Shown in pieces: positions 14,346 to 22,584 of a DNA stretch of 24,000 nt. Every line of letters begins with the position of its first letter. Positions within the stretch are counted from its first letter, which is position 1. Position numbers and translations under genes: made by a program. The notes below the pieces were generated by a model, which made no database searches, was not told the DNA's origin, and saw only the letters and a list, made by a program, of their open reading frames with translations. The stretch comes from Stellaceae bacterium (lineage in GTDB: Bacteria > Pseudomonadota > Alphaproteobacteria > ATCC43930 > CGMCC-115725), in NCBI GenBank assembly GCA_035509275.1, contig DATJLU010000089.1, positions 21,368-45,367 on the forward strand. The letters are read 5' to 3'.

Positions 14346-14963
14346 GTGATATGCTACCTGTCTCCTTCGAAACCGTGGTGGGTTGCCGTGTGCGCGCTTG
14401 CGATGGCGCTGCTGGGCGCTTGCGCCGACTCGGAATCGCGGTCGCAGATGAAGGCGCAGAAGATGCAAGTCCAGGACGATCTACGACGGTTTCGCGAGGC
14501 AGCGCAGCAGGCGGTGCACTGCCGCGCAGAGGCCGCGCAGAATTCGCGCTATCAACTGCTCAGCGAGCGTATGCCACTGACAGACCTCGACGACGCAACG
14601 CTGTCGCAAATGACCGACAAGAAATTCGCAACGGATAGCGAGATAGTGGCCCTCGATGACTGGACGCGTGATATGAACCGGTGCTTGGAGGCACTCGTGC
14701 GGGAGGCCAACGCGACGATCCCGAGCTTCGGGCCTATCGTTGAAGCGTCATGGAATGATGACACCGCAGTCTTCGTGAAGTTGGCGAATCGGGAAATGAC
14801 CTGGGGCGAGGCTGTCATCCGCCTGAAGAGCAACACGGTAAAAATGCGCGCTGATCTCATCGCGCGCGCCGATCAGGTTTCTGCGCAAATTAGCAAGGTA
14901 GACCAGACGGAATATAACCGCAGTACGTCGATCATCACTTCGATCATTGGTCTCCTGCCATAA
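14346..14963 (+). CDS. Lipoprotein of unknown function, predicted mostly helical (GTG start 14346)
   Basis: AAGGAGAGGGAC precedes the GTG. Signal plus lipobox is WWVAVCALAMALLGAC. The mature part is Gln/Glu/Arg/Ala-rich. GC content is visibly lower, at 47% and 55% in two 60-nt stretches I counted. Confidence 0.55.
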   Translation: MICYLSPSKPWWVAVCALAMALLGACADSESRSQMKAQKMQVQDDLRRFREAAQQAVHCRAEAAQNSRYQLLSERMPLTDLDDATLSQMTDKKFATDSEIVALDDWTRDMNRCLEALVREANATIPSFGPIVEASWNDDTAVFVKLANREMTWGEAVIRLKSNTVKMRADLIARADQVSAQISKVDQTEYNRSTSIITSIIGLLP

Positions 14964-15016
14964 TCGCCACTTCAAAGTTGTGCAGGAGTTCGCCACCCTG
15001 CCGCCCCGCGCGGCTC

Positions 15017-15041
15017 GCGGCTGCGCGCGTGGCGCAGCCGC
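15017..15041. terminator. 10-bp GC stem-loop (GCGGCTGCGC-GCGTG-GCGCAGCCGC) between convergent genes
   Basis: The inverted repeat was read directly, between the stops at 14963 (+) and 15056 (-). There is no clear U-tract on either strand. Confidence 0.4.
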
Positions 15042-15055
15042 TGCCTGCGGCTCGG

Positions 15056-16774
15056 CTACTGGCCTTCGTGCTCCTTCATCGTCTCATCGATCTTGCGTTT
15101 GACCGCTTCGAGGTTGAATGAAGCCGGAGCCTGCATCGGTGGAAACTCGACCGCGGTCGCCGCCAAGGCTGCGACCTTCTGCTGAACCAGGACGAAGCGC
15201 CAGAATTCGCGGGCATAGAAGTCGTTGCCATACCCGAAGGCGCCCTCGTTAACGGACTCCCCCCGTATCATCGGGGTCCGCTCGAACGGATCCTGACGCA
15301 GATTGACCATCAACGGCATGTCCGTTGTGACCTTTTCACCGGGCCAGCCCTCGGGCTGCTGGTAGAACGTGAACTTCATGTCGTCGACCCGCAGGGCGCC
15401 CAACTGTGCCCCGCCAAAATAGAAGATCTCATGGCGCGCCGATGGTCCCTTGCCCTCCAAGAGAGCGAGCTGATTGTAGCCGTCCAGGTGGTTCTTGTAG
15501 GTCCGGCCGTTCAACTCGACGCCTTTCAGCAGCTGCTGGGTGATATCCGGGTTGCCGGCCGCGGCTGCGAGCGTCGGCAGCCAGTCGAGCCCCGAGAAGA
15601 TGCCGTTTTCGACCGTGCCCGGCTTGATCTTGCCCGGCCAGCGGATCATTGCCGGCACACGAAAACCGCCTTCCTCGACGGTGCCCTTGGTTGCCTTGAA
15701 CGGCGTCATGCCGCCATCGGGCCAAGTGAAGACTTCGGCGCCGTTGTCGGTGGTGAAGATGACGATCGTGTTGTCGGCTTCGCCGATGTCCTTGAGGTGC
15801 TTCAGCAGCTCGCCGACGCTGTCGTCGAGCTGGGCCATGCCGGCCTCTTCGAGGCCGTAATTGGTGTCCGCATTCATCTGCGCCTGATACTTCGGCGGCA
15901 CGAAGGTCCACACATGCATGCGCGTCGTGTTGTGCCAGATGAAGAACGGCTTGCCGTCCTGCTTGGCCTTGTCCATGAAGCCGTTGCTGGCCTGGACGAG
16001 CACCTCGTCGAAGGTCTCCATATCGTATTTGGCCTTTTGGCCTTCCTGCCAGTTCTGCCGGTCGCTCATGTTCCGGAACGGCGCCAGCGGGCCTTCATCG
16101 ACGATCCGCTGCTTGCCGATCTTGCCCCAGCGTGGCTGCACCGTCTGATCGTCGACATCCGTCGCCCAGGAGTGCACCAGATTGCGCGGGCCGTATTTCG
16201 CGATCCACTCCGGCGGGAAAGAGTGCCAGTACGGGTCCGACATCGCGTCGAGGTGGTAGAGGTAGCCGAAATACTCGTCGAACCCGTGCACGGTCGGCAG
16301 GTATTTGTTCAGGTCGCCGAGATGGTTCTTGCCGAACTGCGCGGTTTCATAGCCCATCGATTTCAGGACGGTGGCCAGCGTCACGGCCTGATCCGGGATA
16401 CCGACATCGGCTCCGGCCTGGCCGACCGTCGTCAGCCCGGTTCGGAGGGGCAACTCGCCGGTAATGAAGTTGGCACGGCCGGCGGTGCAGCTTGCCTCGG
16501 CATAATAGTCGGTGAAGCGCATACCCTCGGCAGCCAGCTGATCGAGGTTCGGCGTCTTGCCGGACATGATGCCTTGATGGTAGGCGCCGATATTGAACCA
16601 CCCGACATCGTCGCCCATGATCACCAGAATATTCGGCTGCTTCTCCTGCGCCTCAGCGGAGCCCCCCGATACGACGAACAGCGCCGCTGCGGCGAGCGCG
16701 CTCAGGACTGGCAGAAATTTTCGGCGAACCCGCCTGAAAGTGGCTCGTTTGGGGTCGGTCGCGGAACAGTCCAT
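15056..16774 (-). CDS. Arylsulfatase-family (Cys/formylglycine-type) sulfatase with a twin-arginine-like signal peptide (572 aa from ATG 16774)
   Basis: GAAGGAGA RBS lies 6 nt before ATG 16774. The leader MDCSATDPKRATFRRVRRKFLPVLSALAAAALFVVSGGSAEA contains R-R-K-F-L. Motifs are IMGDDVGW, S-C-T-A-G-R (Cys96), GKNHLGD and TTDNGAE. It is the closest paralog of 12460..14049. Confidence 0.9.
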   Translation of the reverse strand: MDCSATDPKRATFRRVRRKFLPVLSALAAAALFVVSGGSAEAQEKQPNILVIMGDDVGWFNIGAYHQGIMSGKTPNLDQLAAEGMRFTDYYAEASCTAGRANFITGELPLRTGLTTVGQAGADVGIPDQAVTLATVLKSMGYETAQFGKNHLGDLNKYLPTVHGFDEYFGYLYHLDAMSDPYWHSFPPEWIAKYGPRNLVHSWATDVDDQTVQPRWGKIGKQRIVDEGPLAPFRNMSDRQNWQEGQKAKYDMETFDEVLVQASNGFMDKAKQDGKPFFIWHNTTRMHVWTFVPPKYQAQMNADTNYGLEEAGMAQLDDSVGELLKHLKDIGEADNTIVIFTTDNGAEVFTWPDGGMTPFKATKGTVEEGGFRVPAMIRWPGKIKPGTVENGIFSGLDWLPTLAAAAGNPDITQQLLKGVELNGRTYKNHLDGYNQLALLEGKGPSARHEIFYFGGAQLGALRVDDMKFTFYQQPEGWPGEKVTTDMPLMVNLRQDPFERTPMIRGESVNEGAFGYGNDFYAREFWRFVLVQQKVAALAATAVEFPPMQAPASFNLEAVKRKIDETMKEHEGQ

Positions 16775-16859
16775 GCAAAGTCTCCTTCTCGTCTGAATAA
16801 GCATCGTGAAAGAGGCCGCAGACGTCGCCGTCAGGCCCACGCCAATTGTTCAACCGGAT

Positions 16860-16901
16860 CGATCACCGCCACAATTCGGCGACACCCCGAGAAGGACGAA
16901 G
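16860..16901. promoter_or_regulatory. Imperfect inverted repeat CGCCAATTGT ... ACAATTCGGCG (21-nt spacer) upstream of the Tat-type sulfatase gene
   Basis: Read directly. The arms are 10 and 11 nt with one bulged G. It lies 86-127 nt upstream of ATG 16774 on the minus strand. Confidence 0.25.
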
Positions 16902-17068
16902 AAATATCTGCAATCCGTGGGACAAAACCGGCGCAATAAAGGGCCATGGTTCATCGTCACCGAGGATTCTGAGCGCGACCGCGACGGTTTGCAGCGGTCC
17001 AGACAATCCGCGCGAAGCACGGCGTGCCGCAGGACGGTCGTTCTGACGATCGCGCTCCCCCAGAGCGG

Positions 17069-17248
17069 CTAGCGGCTCGGCGCGGTCGGCTGGCTTGTGT
17101 CGGCGGGCCGCTCGTTGCCGGAGCCGTTCGTGCCATAGCCCGGGTAGACCGTGCCGTTCGGATCGGGAGTGCCATTCTGCCTCATCTCATTGGTGCCGCA
17201 TGCGGCGATGCCCGCGAGGATCGCCGACGCAATGATGATTTGGCGCAT
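17069..17248 (-). CDS. Small lipoprotein (59 aa)
   Basis: AGGAGA RBS before the ATG at 17248. Signal plus lipobox is MRQIIIASAILAGIAAC. The mature part is Gly/Asn/Pro/Thr-rich. Codons are GC3-rich. The rest of the 189-aa track ORF upstream looks non-coding. Confidence 0.55.
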   Translation of the reverse strand: MRQIIIASAILAGIAACGTNEMRQNGTPDPNGTVYPGYGTNGSGNERPADTSQPTAPSR

Positions 17249-17523
17249 GCTCGTCTCCTGTGTTTGCGGACCGCGGACCTCCGCGGCTTCCCATGACGGG
17301 ATTGTCCGCCCGGACCGCGCCGCGACAAATACCGTGGAACCAGGATCGGTCGGGGGGTGATGCGGGGATGTCGTCGACAGGTCGGCCGCAAATGAAGTTT
17401 CGCTGCAAGATCGGGAATCGACCCGATAACGCCCGACCCGCAATGCCTCAATAGTCCGGGGGTCGGCGCACCGTCCGAGCCGCCGCCTTGTGTCGCGGCT
17501 CGACCTCAGCCGGAAGGGGAGCG

Positions 17524-18786
17524 ATGACGGCTGACCTGTCTCTGCCTGCGCCCGCTGCCACAGGAAGGCGCATCTTCGAGTGCCCGGAATGCGGGCGATA
17601 CCAGGCGCTCGGTGCTCTGATGCCGGGCTCGACGGCAAAATGCGGCCGCTGCGGCGGGACGCTGCTGAGCATCCCGGAAAACTCGTTGCAGCGCTCGCTC
17701 GCTCTCGTGCTGACCGGCGTCATCCTGCTCGCCATTGCCATTACCTCGCCCTTCATGTCGCTCACCATCCAGGGGCGCTTCCAACAAGCCGACCTGATCA
17801 CGGGCGCCATGGCGCTGTGGGACCAGGGCTTATGGCCGCTGGCGATCGTCGTCCTGCTGACGACCGTGGTCGCACCGCTGCTGACGCTCGGCGCGCTCTG
17901 CTACGTCCTGGTCGGGCTGCGCCTGCCTCATCCGCCGAGCGATCTGCCGGTGGTGTTTCGCTGGCTCGAGTTTCTCCACCCTTGGTCGATGATCGAGGTC
18001 TACCTGCTCGGCGTCTTCGTCGCCTATGTGAAGCTCGTCGCCTTCGCCTCGGTCGGGGTCGGCGCTGCTTGCTACGCGCTCGGCTTGCTCATGTTGATCA
18101 TGGTGGCGATCGATTTCGAGCTCAGCCCGGAGCTGGTCTGGCAGGAAATGCAACGCCGCGGCCTCGCCAAAGTGCCGGCGCTTCGCGGCGGCGGCGCGTT
18201 GCTGTTGTGCGAGAGCTGTGGCTTGACGGCGCCGGGCGGCGAGCACGGCTCCGCCTGTCCGCGCTGCGGTGCCGCTCGACATCTGCGCAAGCCCAACAGC
18301 GTGACGCGCACCTGGGCGCTGGTGATCACGGCGATGATCCTTTACGTGCCGGCCAATCTCTATCCGGTCATGACCGTGGTCATGTTCGGTCAGGGCGAGC
18401 CCAACACCATCCTCGGCGGCGTCAAGGAGCTGCTCGACAGCGGCATGTGGCCGCTGGCGCTGCTGGTGTTCTTCGCCAGCATTACGGTGCCGGCGCTCAA
18501 AATTCTCGGCCTCATTCTCCTGCTGCTGACGACGCAGCGGGGCAGCCGCTGGCGGCTCCGGGATCGCACCACGCTCTACCGGATCGTCGAGTCCGTCGGA
18601 CGCTGGTCGATGATCGACATTTTCATGCTGTCGATCCTCGCGGGCCTGGTTCAACTCGGCGCCATCGCGACGATCGAGCCGGGCATCGGCGCGCTCTCGT
18701 TCTGCGCCGTCGTCATCATCACCATGTTCGCCGCGGCCAGCTTCGACCCGCGGCTGATGTGGGATAGCGCAGGAGCAAACCGATGA
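17524..18786 (+). CDS. pqiA: Paraquat-inducible protein A (PqiA), an inner-membrane protein with two PqiA repeats
   Basis: There are two repeats, each with a Cys4 ribbon followed by TM helices. The ribbons are FECPECG...CGRCGG and CESCG...CPRCGA. The GMWPLA motif is present in both halves. The ATGA overlap couples it to the next gene. Confidence 0.9.
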   Translation: MTADLSLPAPAATGRRIFECPECGRYQALGALMPGSTAKCGRCGGTLLSIPENSLQRSLALVLTGVILLAIAITSPFMSLTIQGRFQQADLITGAMALWDQGLWPLAIVVLLTTVVAPLLTLGALCYVLVGLRLPHPPSDLPVVFRWLEFLHPWSMIEVYLLGVFVAYVKLVAFASVGVGAACYALGLLMLIMVAIDFELSPELVWQEMQRRGLAKVPALRGGGALLLCESCGLTAPGGEHGSACPRCGAARHLRKPNSVTRTWALVITAMILYVPANLYPVMTVVMFGQGEPNTILGGVKELLDSGMWPLALLVFFASITVPALKILGLILLLLTTQRGSRWRLRDRTTLYRIVESVGRWSMIDIFMLSILAGLVQLGAIATIEPGIGALSFCAVVIITMFAAASFDPRLMWDSAGANR

Positions 18787-20381
18787 GACAGGACACGCTG
18801 GAGCCGCGCGAGGCACCCGGGGAGCCGCACATCCGGCGGTCGCGCTTCTCGCTCATCTGGATCTTGCCCATCGTCGCCCTGCTCATCGCCGGCTGGATCG
18901 GCTACACGACGCTCGCCGAACGCGGCCCGACCATCACCATCACCTTCAAGACGGCAACCGGGCTCGAAGCCGGCAAGACTGAGATCAAGCACAACGATGT
19001 CGTGCTCGGGACGGTCAAGCGGGTCGATCCGACGCCCGACCTCGCGTCGGTCGTGGTCACCGCCCAAATGAACCGATTGGCGGCGCCCCATCTTAATGAG
19101 AACACGAAGTTCTGGGTGGTTCGGCCGCGTTTCAGCCTCACCGACCTGTCCGGTCTCCAGACGCTGGTCTCGGGCGATTTCATCGCGATGGACCCTGGCT
19201 ACGGCAACACCGAGCAGCGGAAATTCACCGGCCTCGAAGAGCCGCCGGTGGTGCGCTCGGACGTCTCGGGCACGACCTACATTCTCACCGCCAGCAAAGT
19301 CGGGTCGGTCAATTCGGGCTCGCCCGTGTTCTTTCGCGGCATCGACGTCGGCGAGGTCATCTCGTCGGATTTCGAGGGGATCGAGAAGGGCTTCACGGTG
19401 CGCGTCTTCGTCCGCAAGCCCTATGACGCCTATGTCCACGACCAGACGCAGTTCTGGAACGCCTCGGGCATCAGCCTCAACGCCGGGGCGGGCGGCTTCA
19501 AGATCGAGATCGAATCGTTGGAGGCGGTTCTTGCCGGCGGCATCGCTTTCGATACCAGCGACGCGGCCCGCAAGACCGTGCCGGCGAAGGAGAACAGCAG
19601 GTTCCCGCTGTACGCCGACCGCACCGCCGCGGAAGACGCCGGCTACACCGAGCGGGCGCGCGTCCTCGTCGAGTTCGAAGGGTCCGTCCGCGGCCTCGAC
19701 GTCGGTTCGCCGGTCGAGGTGCAGGGCATCACCATCGGCAGGGTCGTCGATTATCACCTCGTCGTCGACGCCGCAAAAAATACCGTCCGCGTTCCGGTCG
19801 TGTGCGAAATCGACCTTGCCCGCGTCGGCATCATCAATCAGCCAGCCGGGCAGCAGGGCAAGGGCAAGCTCATGGAAGGTCTCGTCGACCGCGGCATGCG
19901 CGCGCAATTGCGCACCTCGAGCTTCATCACGGGTCAGCTTTTCGTCGCCTTCGACTTCTTCCCGAACGCTGCGCCGGCGAAGATTGTCCAGACCGACACC
20001 TATCCCTTGATTCCCTCGGTTCCTACCGAGATGGAGGGCCTGACGCGCTCGGTCAGCCAAACCTTGGACAAGCTCGCGTCACTGCCGCTCGATGATATCG
20101 CGCAGGGCGCCCGCAAGACGCTGGAAGCGGCGCAGCAGCTGATGGTCAACGCCAACGCCCAGACCACCCCGCTGCTGGTCAGCCTGCGCCAAACCAGCGC
20201 TGCCGCCGACAGCGTGCTCAAATCGATGGCCACGGCCTATGGCACCGATTCTCAGGTCCGCGCCGAGTTGATGGATACGCTCCGGCAGCTGCAGGAGACG
20301 CTCAGATCTGCGCAGACGCTCACGAACTACCTCGAGCAGCATCCGGATTCGGTAATCCGCGGCAAGTCTGCCTCGCAATGA
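18783..20381 (+). CDS. pqiB: Intermembrane transport protein PqiB (multi-MCE/MlaD-domain protein)
   Basis: N-terminal TM is FSLIWILPIVALLIAGWIGY. MCE-like modules are repeated (LEAGKTEIKHNDVVLGTVKRV, VNSGSPVFFRGIDVGEVIS, LDVGSPVEVQGITIGRVVD). A C-terminal coiled-coil region is present. The start codon overlaps the pqiA stop (ATGA). Confidence 0.9.
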   Translation: MRQDTLEPREAPGEPHIRRSRFSLIWILPIVALLIAGWIGYTTLAERGPTITITFKTATGLEAGKTEIKHNDVVLGTVKRVDPTPDLASVVVTAQMNRLAAPHLNENTKFWVVRPRFSLTDLSGLQTLVSGDFIAMDPGYGNTEQRKFTGLEEPPVVRSDVSGTTYILTASKVGSVNSGSPVFFRGIDVGEVISSDFEGIEKGFTVRVFVRKPYDAYVHDQTQFWNASGISLNAGAGGFKIEIESLEAVLAGGIAFDTSDAARKTVPAKENSRFPLYADRTAAEDAGYTERARVLVEFEGSVRGLDVGSPVEVQGITIGRVVDYHLVVDAAKNTVRVPVVCEIDLARVGIINQPAGQQGKGKLMEGLVDRGMRAQLRTSSFITGQLFVAFDFFPNAAPAKIVQTDTYPLIPSVPTEMEGLTRSVSQTLDKLASLPLDDIAQGARKTLEAAQQLMVNANAQTTPLLVSLRQTSAAADSVLKSMATAYGTDSQVRAELMDTLRQLQETLRSAQTLTNYLEQHPDSVIRGKSASQ

Positions 20382-21007
20382 CCCACCCATCGCCCTCGCG
20401 CCGCCATGTTCTTGCCGGGAGCGGATTGCTGCTGCTGCTTGCCGGCTGCGGCACGACGCCGCCGCCGCGGCTCTTCACCTTGGCGCCGCGCCCGGCGACG
20501 CCAAGCCGGCCTCTCGCCGCGGCGATCGCCGTGCGGCGCGTGCAGCTGCCGAAGTATCTCGACCGGCTGCAAATCGTCAGCTATCGCGACCCCTACGAGC
20601 TGCAGTATTCGGAATTCTTCATCTGGGGCGAGAATCTGAGCGACATGACGACGCGCGTGCTCGTAGCGAACCTCTCCGAACGCCTGCCGCACAGTCAGGT
20701 CTATCTCAGCGCCGGTTCCTTCGCCGATGCGACCGCGGATATCACGCTCGAGACCAGCATCGACAAGTTCGACCCGGACCCGGCGGGCGTCGTCATTCTC
20801 TCCGCGCAATGGGCAGCGCACCGCCAAGGCTACCCGGATCAGATCCGCTCGGAGCAGATCCGGGTCACGCCGAGCTCGAAGGATCCGACCGGTCAGGTTG
20901 CCGCGATGAGCGACGCTCTGGGCCAGCTCGCCGACCGCATCGTCGCGGGCCTGCCGGCGGCCGTGGCGCCGGCGGCGACCGCTTCGCCCCGCCCGAAGGC
21001 GCGCTGA
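20378..21007 (+). CDS. pqiC: PqiC/YmbA-like ABC-type transport auxiliary lipoprotein
   Basis: Lipobox is LLLLLAGCG. The size and the position immediately after pqiB, with an ATGA overlap, match the conserved pqiABC arrangement. Confidence 0.8.
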   Translation: MTHPSPSRRHVLAGSGLLLLLAGCGTTPPPRLFTLAPRPATPSRPLAAAIAVRRVQLPKYLDRLQIVSYRDPYELQYSEFFIWGENLSDMTTRVLVANLSERLPHSQVYLSAGSFADATADITLETSIDKFDPDPAGVVILSAQWAAHRQGYPDQIRSEQIRVTPSSKDPTGQVAAMSDALGQLADRIVAGLPAAVAPAATASPRPKAR

Positions 21008-21080
21008 ACCCTGCGCGCGAGCGAGCGGGTGATGGAATCGACGCGCAAAGGTGTTTTCGCCGACATCGTGCGGCTCAGAG

Positions 21081-21248
21081 ATGGACCCCCGCATTCGCGA
21101 CGAATTCTCGGGCTACGGCGACATCGTGACGGTCGATCCGTTCGCGCGCACGCTCGCCAATCTCGAGGCGATCGTCGGCCAGCTTTATCCAGCAGCCCTG
21201 CTGGCGCGTCTCATTACGTTGGAGCTCGAAAGGCACCACCGGCGATGA
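21081..21248 (+). CDS. Possible small protein (55 aa from ATG 21081; GTG 21051 is an alternative start)
   Basis: Codons in this frame are strongly GC3-biased (gac ccc cgc att cgc gac gaa ttc tcg ggc tac ggc gac atc gtg acg gtc ...). I found no convincing RBS and recognised no family. Confidence 0.3.
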   Translation: MDPRIRDEFSGYGDIVTVDPFARTLANLEAIVGQLYPAALLARLITLELERHHRR

Positions 21249-21252
21249 GCGA

Positions 21253-21558
21253 TCACGGGATGATCCCGCATTCGAACAGCTTGTTGGCGATCGGCGCGGC
21301 AACGCGGTTCAGGAACTCGCGGCGCATCTGCGGATCTTCGTGCAGCATGCGGACGAGGCGCGCTTCCTCTTCGGCTTTCTGCGGCGGCGGACGCTCGCCG
21401 CGCTGCGCCGCCAGCTGGCCGCAGGACGAGGTCTGATATTTTTGCACGACCCTGTCCGCGACGCGGTCCAGCATCGGATATTGTTGCGCGCGCAAACCGG
21501 CGATGCCGAGGCAAAGCAGCGCGGTCCCCAGTGCCAGCGCACCAAGATGTCTCTTCAT
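21253..21558 (-). CDS. Small secreted protein of unknown function (101 aa)
   Basis: GGAGGA RBS before the ATG at 21558. Signal peptide is MKRHLGALALGTALLCLGIAGLRA. The mature part has two Cys residues. It lies 42 nt downstream of the DUF2950 gene on the same strand. Confidence 0.6.
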   Translation of the reverse strand: MKRHLGALALGTALLCLGIAGLRAQQYPMLDRVADRVVQKYQTSSCGQLAAQRGERPPPQKAEEEARLVRMLHEDPQMRREFLNRVAAPIANKLFECGIIP

Positions 21559-21600
21559 GGTGAGTTCCTCCGCTTTCGACGGTTGCCCGATCGGGCGCAA

Positions 21601-22554
21601 TCAAGCCGGCGTCCAGCTCGAATCGGGATTGAAGAGCTTCATGGTTTCGGCACGCTCGGCGGTGTCCGGCCCGAGATCCTGTTCGTAGACCACGCCGTCG
21701 TTGTTGACGATGAAGGTCATCACGCCGGAGACCCCGTACTGGGCCGGAAACGCGACCAGGGCGAAGCCGGCGATCATGTGGCCTTTGACGATGTAGCTAT
21801 AGGCGCCGCCCTTCGCCGCCGGCCCTTGCCCGGTCAGGATGCGATAGTAGTAGCCGTGATAGGGGGTGCGGCCCTTGACCGGCTTGGCGCCATATCCGGC
21901 GGCGCGCGCTTGCGCCACGAGGGGGCCAAGCGGGCTATCCTTCTCGCCGGCGGCCGCCGGCCAGTAGAGCCCGTCATGCCGGCCCGGACTGCTTTTGAAT
22001 TTCTGCGCATAGCTGAGGAGCCCGCTGTGCTCGGGGTCGCGTGCCGCATAGTCGCGCTGGGCGTCGACATAGGCGCGGCACACTTGGATGGCGCTGAGCT
22101 CGTTGGCGCCGATGCGGCGGTCGAGAATCTCCTCGGCCCCGGCGCTCGCGTCGAAGGCCCATGTCTCGCCTTGCTTCACGATCGGAAACGGGAAGGTCCA
22201 CCCGTCCTTGCCGACCGCGAGGATGGCGCGATCGTCGCTTTCCCGCATGATCTGGTTCGCCGTCTCATAGGCGGAGACGAACTTGCGCCGCGCCTCGGCA
22301 TCGGCGACGGCATCGCCGGAGCTGATCAGCGTCCGGCTGCCCGGACCGAGGACCGTCAACAGCTCCGCGGTGCTGTCCGCGCGCGTCGCCGCGACCAGAG
22401 CGTCGACCGCCTGCTCGGGCGTTGCAAAGCTCATTTGCTTGGCCGCCGCCGCGGGCGACAGGACGACGATCCCGATCAGCGCCACCAGCACGGCGACAAT
22501 CCAGTCGCGCAGGCGGAGACGCCCGCGTCGGTTGCCAGAGCTCGAGCCGATCAT
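21601..22554 (-). CDS. DUF2950-family secreted/anchored protein (317 aa)
   Basis: N-terminal anchor is WIVAVLVALIGIVVLSPAAAA. Motifs I associate with DUF2950 are FATPEQAVDALV, GKDGWTFPFPIVK, YVDAQRDYA, DGLYWP and GYYYRILTGQGP...GFALVAFPAQYGVSGVMTFIVN. AAAGGAACGAGG RBS. Confidence 0.8.
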   Translation of the reverse strand: MIGSSSGNRRGRLRLRDWIVAVLVALIGIVVLSPAAAAKQMSFATPEQAVDALVAATRADSTAELLTVLGPGSRTLISSGDAVADAEARRKFVSAYETANQIMRESDDRAILAVGKDGWTFPFPIVKQGETWAFDASAGAEEILDRRIGANELSAIQVCRAYVDAQRDYAARDPEHSGLLSYAQKFKSSPGRHDGLYWPAAAGEKDSPLGPLVAQARAAGYGAKPVKGRTPYHGYYYRILTGQGPAAKGGAYSYIVKGHMIAGFALVAFPAQYGVSGVMTFIVNNDGVVYEQDLGPDTAERAETMKLFNPDSSWTPA

Positions 22555-22584
22555 GTCTGCCTCGTTCCTTTCCCGATCGCGCGA

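Noticed and set aside
12460-16774. Idea that the two exported sulfatases are a very recent tandem duplication or a recombination hotspot
   Set aside because: A hand-aligned 92-nt block in the most conserved region shows 16 mismatches, mostly synonymous, and flanking sequence differs more. The duplication is old, and the copies are separated by an unrelated gene.
12850-16939. 440-aa (12850..14172) and 502-aa (15431..16939) plus-strand ORFs
   Set aside because: They are antisense to the two exported sulfatase genes. They resemble each other only because the sulfatases are paralogs.
17069-17638. Full 189-aa minus-strand ORF
   Set aside because: Only the last 59 codons are gene-like, with an RBS, ATG, lipobox and GC3 bias. 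The upstream 130 codons overlap the pqiA promoter and start and look non-coding.
17580-20060. Long alternative-frame and antisense ORFs across pqiA/pqiB (395 aa +, 328 aa -, 469 aa -, 304 aa +)
   Set aside because: The pqiA and pqiB frames carry clear family signatures and are coupled by ATGA overlaps. The other frames are compositionally biased shadows.
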